Assembly: GCA_951406725.2 (NCBI GenBank)
Contig: OX597820.1
Coordinates: forward strand, 37,448,001-37,512,000
Length of the DNA: 64,000 nt
Direction: 5' to 3'
From: Octopus vulgaris
Taxonomy: Eukaryota
The position numbers and the translations under genes are program-made. This document shows positions 38,232 to 50,507 of this stretch, piece by piece; positions within the stretch are counted from its first letter, which is position 1; each line of letters begins with the position of its first letter. The notes beneath the pieces are model-generated. The model worked only from the letters and a program-made list of their open reading frames with translations, did not search any database and was not told the origin of the DNA.

Positions 38232-41152
38232 TCTATACTATAATGGAGAAAGCTGCTTATTATATATTATTATATAAAAAAAATATGATAAATGTGCCCT
38301 TTTAAAGCCTAGCCAGACTCATGGGCCCGGTTTCCCAGTTTCTATGGCATATATGTTCCCCAGCTTGACAGGACGCCAGTCCATCACAGCGTTACTCATT
38401 TTTGCCAGCTGAGTGGACTGGAGCAATGTGAAATGAAGTGTTTTGCTCAAGAACACAACGCGTCACCCGGTCCAGGAATTGAAACCACAATCTTACGATC
38501 ATGATGCTGACACTCTAACCACTAAGCCATGCGCCTCCACTATATTATTATATATATCTATACTATAGTGGAGAAAGCTGCTTATTATTTAGTAAGTATG
38601 TAACAATTACTAAAAGTACTAAAAGAAAGCAATTATTAAAGAGTTGACTGTCTGCAAATATTTTTTATGAATTTATGTTCTAAGAAATTTCCTATAATTT
38701 TGATATTTTGAGTTTATTGAATTTTTATTGAATTTAAATATTCGTTGCATCCTATTCATCTCAAATTTAAATATTCATTGCATTCACTATGGAGTATTCC
38801 ATTTTCATTTGTAAAGTTTCTCACTTTCTCTTTCAAGTTTTAATTTGCTATTAATGTATACGTAATGTAAAAACATTATTTATTGAATGAAAATTTTTTT
38901 AAATACCCGTATAATTTTTTTAACATGAGGTAGCTGTGAGAAGAGCCTAGAAAGTTGGGTAATTACTATAAAAAGATGAGAAAAGAAACAAAAAGTTACT
39001 GACAAGTACTCAAAACTGGCATCTTATTCACACTTTCCAAACACTTCAACAGTGACACACACCCTATACACATTTGTGCACACACATAGATACACATACA
39101 CTCAAAATGAAAAGCAATGAATGTGTGTATGCATGCATGTGTGTGGGTGTGTGCTGTTCACTGATAAAATTTTTCGAGCTGCATCACTTTTGTGAAGTTT
39201 TGTCAGTGAACAGGTCACAGTTTCAAAGCACCGAAACTGTTATGATACAAATGAAGTTTTAATGTTGAAGTGAAACTAATGGTATTTATGTGTTCTTGAA
39301 TGGTTTACAAACATCTTCCACACTGCAATTGTTTTTGTTTCAGCACACGATCTCAGATCAAGTCACTTGCTATGCAAGTACATCTCCATAATTTTTTTCA
39401 ATCACTGTAGATAAATGCCAGCAATGACCTTCTCAGGCTCTCCAATATTTTAATTTCTAAACAGAAACAATCAGGGGGCAGGAAGTGGGGTTGCAAAAAA
39501 TTCATAATTTCTCAAATTTTCATTTTTTATAGCATATAAATGTATTTATGGGGGAAAAATATTGAAAAACATCAATAGATGCGAGAGTGATAAAGAAACG
39601 AAGAGGGTTGTCTTTGGATGTGCTAGAAACAACAACCAAATCGCCCATAAATCACTTTTCCCTCTGAAAATATTAACAATTTATTAATATTTTTTTTACC
39701 GAAAATGCTCTTACCATGGTTTTGAAGTGCAAAAAAAAAAAAATGGCCAAAATAGGTCCAGAGTGGGATGATGAGAGAGGGGGTGTATGTAAAAAAAACA
39801 AAGAGTTTTTAAAACATTTTTCATACAAAGATGCCTCCTTGCAACCCCATCAAATCGGAGGCTGTGGTTAAAAAAAAGAAAATGGGGAAAATACCCAAAA
39901 ACATTTTCCCCACAAATTTCTTCATAACCGTAACCTATGCCATTTGAAAGGGATTTGTATAAATTTTCATTAACAGATACCTGTCTTCCTGAAAGTTATG
40001 AGGGAAAAAAGTCAGATCGTGTTAATTTTCTGAAACTCCTCTCTCCACCTACTCACAAAAATTCTTCCCCATAAATCCCTCTGTACTCTGAAGCCACAAC
40101 ATCTAAACGGTATTTGTAGAAACTTTTGTTAAAAAGTATCCATTTTTCTTGATGCTATGAGGTAACAAAGTCAGGGGAGTACACATCTGTAGTAATGACC
40201 TTTTTTATATATGATTTTTTTCATTTTATATTTATTTCATTCATTGTTTGCAATGTTATCTCTCTGTCTTTCTCACACACACTGCAAAGCTTACAGATGG
40301 GTTGCTGAACTGAAATCACTATGTTACTCTGAGAAGAAGGTAAAACTTGATAAACTGCTTCTCCCTCTGTTGTAGGACTACCGTGACGTTTGTTTTAAAA
40401 AAAGAGATTATGACTGTGATGAAATAATGACAGCAATATTTACTAAGCAAGTGAGCGCTATTATACAAAGAAATAATTAGATGTAAAATATTAAAATTAT
40501 TAGAAATGGGAATCAAATGTAAAAATATTATCAAGGGTGTAGCAGAAAACCGCCCGGAGAAAACCCCAGAGATGTTTGTGTGAACACAAACACACGTCCG
40601 TATCTGTTACATATACACACACATAGTGTTTGTGCTCTCTAAGAAAGAAAAACAAAACGTCGACTTTTTGACATACACAGTATTTTAATAATTTAGAAAT
40701 ATTTTTAACTGAATGTGATTTCAAAAATGTAAGTTGTTTGTTCAGTTTTTATATTTGAGATTTTTTTAAACAGACAATATTTTAATGTTTTTTAAAAAAA
40801 ATATTTTCAAGTAATGGCGATCTTTCGCTTATTGTCAGGAGTTCGTTAATTTCCGTAAACATTTTTTATTTATTTACTTATGTTTTAAAGTAAAGAGCCG
40901 ATAAAGTGAAAGATGTATGTACGTGTATATGAAATGGATTTGTGTGTGTGTGTGAAAGAGAGAGAGAGAGAGAGGGAGAGAGGGAGAAAGAAAGAGATAC
41001 AGAGTGTGAGTGAAAGTATGTGTTGTCATGTATACGTATATACATCCTTTTTGTATGTATGTGTGCTTGTGTTTATGAGAGAGAGAGAGTGAGTGAGTGA
41101 AGGGGTGTGTTGTCATGTATACGTACATACATTCTTTGTATGTACGTGTGCA

Positions 41153-41205
<53 letters not shown>

Positions 41206-41240
41206 TCAACCTGTGTGTTCTCATGTATGAGTAAGTGGCA

Positions 41241-41294
<54 letters not shown>

Positions 41295-41784
41295 AATCCA
41301 TTTCATATACACGTTAATATGTCTTTCACTTTAAAATAAAAATAAATAAAATTTTTTTACAGAAATTAACGAACAAAACCAGCTGATCCGGATGACAGTT
41401 CTGAGAGACAACGCAACAGTTTTGAGAGTCAAAGCGGAAGATTGCCCCAAGGGAAAACCATTACAAAAATAATTTGGAGTGCATTCAACGTATCTCAGGT
41501 CCAAAGATTTGGCTGCTATTTCCAGCACGCCCTGCTACCAAGTAACAGCTATTTGCGATAAAAGATCCGAAATACCTGTTACGTGCTGACAGGGCGTGCA
41601 AGAAATAGCAGCCAAATCTTTCCATTTCTGGGGAAAGGAGCCATTTACGCGTGATTTAGACGTTACATTCGTTGAAAGCATGTGAAATAACCTAGAAAAG
41701 AAAAAAAAAAAACCCACAAAACAAAACTCCGTTACTGGGAAATTCAGACATTCCAGGTGACCCAATGAGTCACAGGTAGTCTAG
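38232..41784 (+). mobile_element. Apparently complete non-autonomous Helitron family H1 (about 3.5 kb) with a duplicated 5' end and a nested SINE
   Basis: TC starts at 38232 and 38557; 3' hairpin GTGACCCAATGAGTCAC followed by CTAG repeated three times (41781-41794); no coding capacity. Confidence 0.8.
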
Positions 41785-42390
41785 TCTAGTCTAGTATATA
41801 TATATATATATATATAGATAGATAGATAAAACTTACTTCGAAAAGGATGTGTGGCGTTCGATCATATAATAATATAAATATATGCATATATACATACATG
41901 TACATACCTACATATGTATGTGTATATACATGCATGTATGATATAGGGCATAAAAAAAACGTTGAACACAATGAGAAATGAAAACATAAAAACAAAAACA
42001 TAGAAAACGAACTTTTTTTCGAACAACGAAAAAAAAGCCAAACAAACAGAGAAACGAGACATGCAACATAAAGAGTATTCCCCTTCATCAGTTGTCCCTG
42101 TTTCATCTACTCCACAATTTCGAAGGCAAGGATAATACGTGACTTCGTTGAAACAGCCCTTCCTGCAAAGCAAATTTAATAAAATTTGGGATTTTTTGCG
42201 GGGGATGAAAGTGGTAACAAAAACAGGACAGTGAGAACAAGACAGTAAAAACAAACGGTGAGGGTTGTTAAGCCAAGACGCTAGAAAAATTATTATGAAT
42301 GCTAGGAAGACGAGCTTATGAGAGGAGACAGGTATAATCATAAAAAGAATATTTTAGCGGCATTATAAGGCTATGAGCTGGCAGAATCCC

Positions 42391-42634
42391 TTAAACGAGG
42401 TACATATTCATACGGCACAGAATGTTTTTTTTTTACCTCAATAGACGTCACTGATTGGTTGAAATTGCAGAAATTGAAGAAAAAACAACAAATATCTTAC
42501 AAACTATAGAACTTTCTCAATAAAGCCAAGCGAAAAAGATGTTTTATTAACACATTCTACCAGTATACGAAGTTTAAAAGTGTTTAGTTACCTAGAAATT
42601 ATGTTGAAAACTGCCGTTCAAACCGAAAAGATCC
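42391..42634 (-). mobile_element. MITE family M1 truncated copy
   Basis: One TIR (...CAAACCGAAAAGATCC) plus about 240 bp of internal sequence matching copies 1-3. Confidence 0.85.
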
Positions 42635-42859
42635 CACTTCACTGTCTGGCTGAGGCTCGACTAAACTTTCTTAATAAACTGCCACCACAAATTGCTAGGT
42701 ATGTTCATTTTTTATCAACTAACGAAGATAAAATCCCTAACGGAAAAATATTAAAGCGAAACCCCAGTTCCAAGAGAACTAGCCAACAACGAAACATCCA
42801 CCAATCCAGCCATCACTCCATGCATACATACATACATGCATGCGTAATACATACATCAT

Positions 42860-43130
42860 CATCATCGTTCGACCGTGGTCGAGACAATGGAATTTACCAT
42901 GCTACGCCAGACTTTACGGTCCATCATGGCATTACGGAGGTCTTGTTGCTGGATGCCTGTATCCCTGGAGATTACATCAGGGTAGGAGAGTGTGCGCCCT
43001 CTGGCATTGCGAGTAGATGGCTTCCAGAGGAGAAGAGTAGAAATTACTTCCTTTTCAGCTCTACAACAATGTCCAGCAAACTGGACTCTCCTACCTTTCA
43101 CAAGAGATGACACAGGTGGTAGTTTCCCAT
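42860..43130 (-). mobile_element. 3' end of an RTE-like LINE ORF2
   Basis: YGKLPPVSSLVKGRRVQFAGHC...MMDRKVWRSMV followed by a (GAT)n tail. Confidence 0.75.
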
Positions 43131-43863
43131 ATACATACATACATATATACATACAAACAAACAACTTTCTTCATTAAGATTCATTTCAATTTAGGACCGA
43201 AAAGCGAGGATGCCCACTAAACTTGAAGTCAAATGAAGAGACTCGTGATGTTTATATGCACATTACAGTTATGGTAAACAAGCAGTTTACAGAGGCAAAA
43301 GGAAGTGAAAGTAGGTGTGATTGTGTGGTGAAAAGCCTGCTTCCCAACTATATAGTTCTGGGTTCAGTCCCACAACATGGCACCATTGCGGAAATGTCTT
43401 CTATACTACAGCTTCGCGCCGACCAAAGGCTTGCGAGTGGATTTAGTAGACGAAAACTATAAGGAGCCTGTCATATATACATAAATCTATGTGTGTGTGT
43501 ATCTTCGTGTCTATGTTTGTCTCCTACCACTGCCAAACAAACGATATTGGTGTGTTTACGTCCACGTAACTTAGCGATTTGGCATAAGAGACCCATAGAC
43601 TAAGTACCGTGCTTAGAAGACAAAATAATTACTGGGGTCGATTCATTCGACTAAAAATTCTTGAAGGCGGTGCCCCAGCATGGCCGCAGTGTAATGACTG
43701 AAACACGTAAAAGATAACAGATGAATTATCCTAAGAAAGTGAAAGTAAACTGCGATAGAAACAGAAAGTGACGACAATGACATCCCAAAATTTCATAAAA
43801 AAAGAACATAAAGAACTCCTACATTATGCTATTCCCAATGGTTACTACATGTATAGAACTTTC

Positions 43864-44262
43864 GGATCTTTTCAGTTTGAACGGCAGTTTTTAAAAATAA
43901 TTTCCACGTAACTAAACACTTTTAAACTTCGTATACTGGTAGAATGTGTTTATAAAACATCTTTTTCTCTTGGCTTTATTGAGAAAATACTATGGTTTGT
44001 AAGATATTTGTTGTTTTTTTTTCTGCAATTTCAACCAATCAATGACGTCTATTGAGGTGAAAACATTCTGTGCCGTATTCTGTTTAAGAAACAGATTGGG
44101 TTTATTTACATTTCCGAAGAAAAAAAGCTACCCTTCCCCCCACCCCTAACCCTAACCTTAAAACAGATTGAAATGCAATAGATCGATACTAGGGTCATAA
44201 TTATGGGTGACAATTTCTTATGACACCGCTAGAAAAAACTGCCGATCAAACCGAAAAGATCC
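43864..44262 (+). mobile_element. MITE family M1 copy 2
   Basis: Same TIRs; perfect 8-bp TSD gaactttc; internal CCCTAACCCTAACC. Confidence 0.92.
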
Positions 44263-44626
44263 GAACTTTCTAGTGATATGTTAAGTATTTCAGAAGTAGC
44301 AACTGAGACATTCCACTCCAATATACTATACCCAGCAACGAATATCACTGAGAAGTGTGACTGCTTACATCGTATATCAAACGCATATGTGATTTTCAAG
44401 TTATATTAAATATATATGTACGTTTTGTACATTGGTTTTGGTCACATATAGTGTTTATATAAAATTATGGGATATCACTATTACCACTTCAAGTTTCCAT
44501 CGCAATTTAATTTAATCTTTTCGACGACAATTTACTTTCACTTTTTTTTACGGCCGTAAACTGCATGTTAACCTCTTCCTCCTACATTTCCCATGTTTCT
44601 CAGCTTTTGGAAATCTTCTTCGGATA

Positions 44627-44832
44627 CACGCCGGGCGAAATGCTTAGCGGTATTTCGTCTGCCGCTACGTTCTGAGTTCAAATTCCGCCGAGGTCGACTT
44701 TGCCTTTCATCCTTTCGGGGTCGATTAAATAAGTACCAGTTACGCACTGGGTCGATATAATCGACTTAATCCGTTTGTCTGTCCTTGTTTGTCCTCTCTG
44801 TGTTTAGCTCCTTGTGGGTAGTAAAGAAATAG
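44627..44832 (+). mobile_element. tRNA-derived SINE family B (representative; others at 3060-3295, 17335-17530, 19152-19357, 21170-21385, 47440-47610, 60627-60840)
   Basis: B-box-like gagttcaaattcc and conserved core gtcgactttgcctttcatcctttcggggtcga. Confidence 0.85.
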
Positions 44833-47800
44833 GATAACTGCTTTTTAAGTAATTGATACATAGGTTGAGAATTGGACCAGAGAAATGCCTGTAGTAGTTA
44901 TGGCCCTAAAGAGTTTTGAGTTCAAATCTCTCCGAGAGTAATTCTGCCTTTCCTCCTTCTGGAGCTGCTTAAAATAAAATACCAGTCAAGTACCAAGATC
45001 GAATATTGTAATTCATTTTCCTTGGGTATGGACGGAATTGTAACAGAATATATTTTATAATTCAAAATTGTTATAACTTGAATATGCTGCTGCTAAAATA
45101 TTGTTTCAAATTTTGGCACAAGGCCAGAAATTTCAGGGGAGGGGGTGAGCCGATTACATCGACCCCAAGCGGAAGAAATGTCGCTGAACATTTTGTTCGA
45201 CATGCTAACGACTCTGCGAGCTCGCTGCCTTGTTAGCTTCACAATTATAAGGTCACATAGGGAAGTATCGACTGCTGTAGTCTTGAGTCACCTCATATTG
45301 TGAGTCATATTGGATTGTTGTTATTTAATTCAACGTGAGCTTTATATCAGCAAATCAGTGATCAAAACATTCCTACCGTGACCATTCCGTCTACGGTACA
45401 GCGTGATTTGAGGTAGATTCGGCTGTAATATCTAGCAGATCCTGTAACAATCACGTGTTTATTTTTTCAAAACTGATTGAGGATTCACTTGTAAATAAAA
45501 ACATGTAATAAATAAAACATCATACACACACAATATATATATTGCTGCAGGCGACATGTTCAAAGACGCTATGTCCGGCCACTTAGAATAACGTACTCAA
45601 AGATGAGTTTGAGAATGAATAAAATACTTAATCCATAATTTGCTGATCAACGATTATAGCTTTATATATAAACAACAACATCATAATTCGCTGGTGGACT
45701 CAGGATTTCGCGGTGTGAAACAAGCCTGGCCTTTTAAATTATAATTACAGCTTGCTCGATGGTTTCCATTCTGTTCCCGCCTGATTACTAAAGGCAGAAA
45801 CAAATACATCTCACGGTCTCTTACTTTCGAGAGAATACCTTTAATATACTTTTGAGAGGATATTCTTAGAAATTTGGTGAGGTGGAGCAAAGATGCTATC
45901 GGGAATCCCGCTGGGTATCCTCTCAAAATTGGAGGGGGCGTAGTTATCTTTCCTTCTGCCTTTATTGGTCAGACGGGAACACTATGAAAGTTGTAATTAT
46001 AATTCAAAAACCCAGTCTTGCTTTTTATTTATTTATTTATTTATGCGTCCTTTTCAAGCCTAGCCAGGCTCATGGGCCCGGTTTCCCGGTTTCTGTTCCC
46101 CCGAGCTGGACGGGACGCCAGTCCATCGCAGCGTTACTCAAGAAACAGGAAGAAAGAGTGAGAGAAAGTTGGGGCGAAAGAGTACAACAGGGGTCGCCAC
46201 CTGCCGGAGCTTTAGGTGTTTTTGCTCAATGAACACATAACGCCCGGTCTGGGAATCGATACTTTATTACCATAACCGAGTAATACAGTAAACATTAACC
46301 TTTATTTTTAATCGGTAGTAAATTACAAAAGTTATTCAAGGACCATGTCAGTGATAAGTTACCTTGTACGAAACTCTCGGCTCTTAAGTTACATTTGTAA
46401 CTTTTTGGCGATTGATTCTCCAGAGGATGGGCCCTTGACAAATTAACAGGTTTCTCTCTTTAAAGAAAGAAGGAATGAAGAAAAAAAAAGGGAAAAGTAT
46501 CACCGGAGTGGCTGTGTGGTAAATAGCTTGCTTACCAACCACATGATTCCGGGTTCAGTCCCACTGAGCAAGTGTCTTCTGCTATAGCCTCGGGCCGACC
46601 AAAGCTTCATGAGTGGATTTGGTAGACGGAAACTGAAAGAAGCCCGTCGTATATATATATATATATATATATATAGGGAGAATTCACAAAAAGAAAAACA
46701 AAGACGAAGACAGGTGGTGTAGACAACAAACAGATGTATTACTATAACGTTTCGATATATGTGTGTGTGTGTTTGTGTGTTTTTCTTTGTTCCCCCAACA
46801 TCGTTTGACAACCGATGCTGGTGTGTTTACGTCCCCGTAACTTAGCGGTTCGGCAAAAGAGACCGATAGAACAAGTACTATGTTTACAAAGAATAAGTCC
46901 TGGGGTCGATTTGTTCGACTAAAAGCGGTGCTTCAGCATGGTCGCAGTAAAATGACTGAAACAAATAAAAGATTAAAAGTGAGCTCTTCTATTTTTGAGA
47001 AGATGTCTCTCGGAAATTCCCGAAAGCACTCTTACCAAATTTCTGATTTCTGTCGCTTGCACTCTTCCATTTTTGAGAGGTTGCTCTTTGGAAATTCCCG
47101 AAAGCAGTCTCGCTAAATTTCTGTCGGAGGCCCTGTACATACAACGCGCGCGAACACACACACACACGTCTTATTTGTCACATATTGTTTTTATTTAGAA
47201 ATGGATCCTCTGTCGGTTTTGAAAATAAATGAGTATTTCTTGAATTATAGTGTAAATAGTCGAGAATTCCACAGACACTTGTACTGGCGCATATCAACGA
47301 GGTATGTCAGAATCGTGGAACCTCGAATAAAAATAAAGAATATGGTTTTATCATTTACAACGCTTTGAGTATACACATCTCTTTGCGCTCAGGCCATCTC
47401 TGCCATTCATCGATTATAATTCTACTCAGATCTAGGACGGATTGACTCATGTTTTATTTTATCAACCTCAAAAGGATGAAAGGTAAAGATGACCGCAGCG
47501 GAATTTGAACTCAGAACGTAGAGAGAAAGATAGGTAGATAGATAGAGAGAGAGTAGTAACTAAATATTGTAAGGTAATTCTGTCCGACGCTCTGACGATA
47601 CTGCCAGTCCACCGATAAAATAAATGTTAAAGAACTAGGATATTATACATATATATATGTGTGTGTATTATATGTTATCGACGAAAAACCTACGAAAGGC
47701 AGAGTGCCCCAGCATGGCTCTCACGAAACCATATGTAGGGGACGTGTATTTCTGCGTACGTGTGTGTGTGTGTATCACTGAGTGTGAGTGTATTTAATGT

Positions 47801-47879
47801 CTAACATGCATCTGCAACAAACGCCAACTCTTTCGTACTTTCTCTCAAAAGGCGACGACGAAAGCATTGCATTATAACT

Positions 47880-48760
47880 TTTATTTTCTCCCTATTTATT
47901 TCTTTGTTGCTTTCTCGTTCTCTCCCTCCCCCCCTCGACGACAAACGCTACTGTAGCTACCTTCTCTTCTCACCTCACCTCTTATTTTCCCCCCTCTAGT
48001 CTCTTTCCTACTCTCTCTTTCTCTCTCACTCTTACTCTATCTCTCCACCCCCGCGTCATCGTTTCTATTTACACGCTGCTTTCTCGTCTTTTTCTTTTTC
48101 CCTCTGTAACTTCTTTACTCCTCCTCCGTCTCTTTCTCTCTATCTATCTTTATTTCTAACGGACGCCACATTATCTTATCACTCGCTTTTCAAACACACA
48201 CCGTTCTTTCCCTTTTTTCTTTTTACACCTCATCTCTCTTACACTCCCTCTCTCTCTCCCCCTCGTCAGAAGCTTTCTAAATCTAATCATATTCCATTCT
48301 CTCTTCCCTCCTCATATTTCAGTCCCCCCCCGCTTTCGATTTTCCTTTCATCCCACCCTCTAATTTCTATCTTTATTATCTGCTCTTCTCCTACCCCACT
48401 ATCTTTCAACTCATTCTCTTCATCTTCCTCTCTTTCCCTCCCCCGCCTCTCTTCTCACTCTCTCTGCCATCCTACCTCCTCTTCACCCAACGCTTTCTTA
48501 TCCTCTCATTACATTCGTTTTTCTCCTTCCTTTTTTCTTTCTCTTCCCCCCCGTTTCCATTTTGTCTCTATCTAAATTTCTTTCTCTTTACTTTCTCTCC
48601 TTCCATACAGTTTCTAATAATTCTTTCTTCCTCTTTTCCTTATCCCCCCCACATATTTTCTCACGCCCTCTCTCTTTTTTTCCTCTTACTGTCCTTCTTT
48701 CTCTCTTTATTCTCACCACTCTCTAGTTCTCTATCACGCCTTCTCTGTTTCTTTTTTTAC
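47880..48760. other. Pyrimidine-rich low-complexity tract, about 880 bp
   Basis: Plus strand is overwhelmingly C/T without a fixed period. Confidence 0.85.
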
Positions 48761-49054
48761 TCAACTATTTTATCATCCTGCTCATGTCCTCCGTAATATA
48801 TATCAATGTAACAAAGTCGAATCGCTTGATAGAGTGTTTTCGCCCTGCAGACATCTGACAACTGATCGGATATATCTATATATAAAATACATATATACTT
48901 ATATGCATATAAATACAAACAGTTAACTGCATTTAAAGACACTCGCTCATCCTTTGCTACTGCAGGTAACAATAATATTACTATCATTTTTTCTATTCTC
49001 AATGCCCTCTCTCGCTCTCTGTATATATATATATATATATTGTTTTGTTTTCAC

Positions 49055-49177
49055 TGATATTTAGTAGAAGCCACAAAGGAACTCAAGACCCGAAAGTTTC
49101 GTGCGTTGGTACTAAATAAGTGCCAATGCACGAAACTCTCGGTCGTTGAGTCACTCTGTGACTTCTGCTAAATATCA
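49055..49177. repeat. Imperfect palindrome (59-bp arms, 5-nt loop)
   Basis: tgatatttagtagaagccac...gtgcgttggtact AAATA agtgccaatgcac...gtgacttctgctaaatatca. Confidence 0.9.
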
Positions 49178-49618
49178 ATAGAAATATACATATACTCATA
49201 ATTTGAGTTCTATTTCTCCTGTTTGCATCAACATGCCTATATATATATAGCCATATTTTAATAATAATGTAATTGTTAATTTAACTTTCACTGTAATCTG
49301 ACGCATATTCCCTTAAACCCCTTCTATGCCTTTCATTTCTCTCCAGAGCCAGCCCGTGGCTTACCGTCTCTAATCGTCTTGTGTGGGGTTTGTAGACAAA
49401 TGTAAATAGTGTATTCATTTAACAGCCATACGCATACGCACGTGTATATATATGTATATGTGGGTGTGTATATATGGTTTTTATCATATCGTTGATCGCA
49501 CTCAGCTCGTATCATCATACAAGGAGGGTTCGTATTGTTTACACTGTTTACATTTATGTATATATTGAGTGTATATACACATATTTCTTTAGATTACTGA
49601 GACTAATATATATATACC

Positions 49619-49657
<39 letters not shown>

Positions 49658-50120
49658 CCGATTTGCAAAATGCATACGTTATGTATGAGTTTATGTGTGT
49701 GTCTGTATGTGTACACACACAAACATTTATGAATATATTTGTGTACACGTGTATAGATACGTGTGTGTGTATTCTACACACACATCTTCCATCTGTTACC
49801 TGTTTCAGTCATTCGATTGCAGCCATGCTGGAGCACCGCATTTTTAGTACTTATTTTACCAGACTGTTTTGCCGAACCGCTAAGTTACAGGGACGTAAAC
49901 ACACCAGCACCGAATGTCAAGCGATGTTGGGAGACACACACACACATAAACACGACAGGCTTTTTTCAGTTTCCGTCTGTCAAATCCACTCACAAGGCTT
50001 TGACCCGTGGCTATAATAGAAGACACGTGCCCAAGGGGCCACGCAGTGGGGCTGAACTTGGAACCTTATGGTTTGAAAACAAGCTTCTTACCACACAGCC
50101 ACTCCTGCATGTATCTTCCC

Positions 50121-50208
<88 letters not shown>

Positions 50209-50474
50209 CATGTACATGTGTGTATATATGCAGACGTGTTTATTTCTACATGTTTATATGTCTGTATAGGTGTGTGTATGACGGCTCCTAGAAGACCCGT
50301 CATGTTTCCTTCATTTTGAAATCATCAGAGTGCGCTCTGCTGAATTAAAATAAAAGCAGTATGAGTAACCATCTCAGTGGCATCATTTAAAGAAACAAAT
50401 ATTTCCAGTCCATGTTGTTGATTACTTTAACTTGTTTCAGTTTTTAATTGGCATTTACACACATGTATATAAAC

Positions 50475-50507
<33 letters not shown>

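Noticed and set aside
42580-43110. 176-aa plus-strand ORF
   Set aside because: Chimera of a MITE end, unique DNA and the antisense strand of a LINE fragment.
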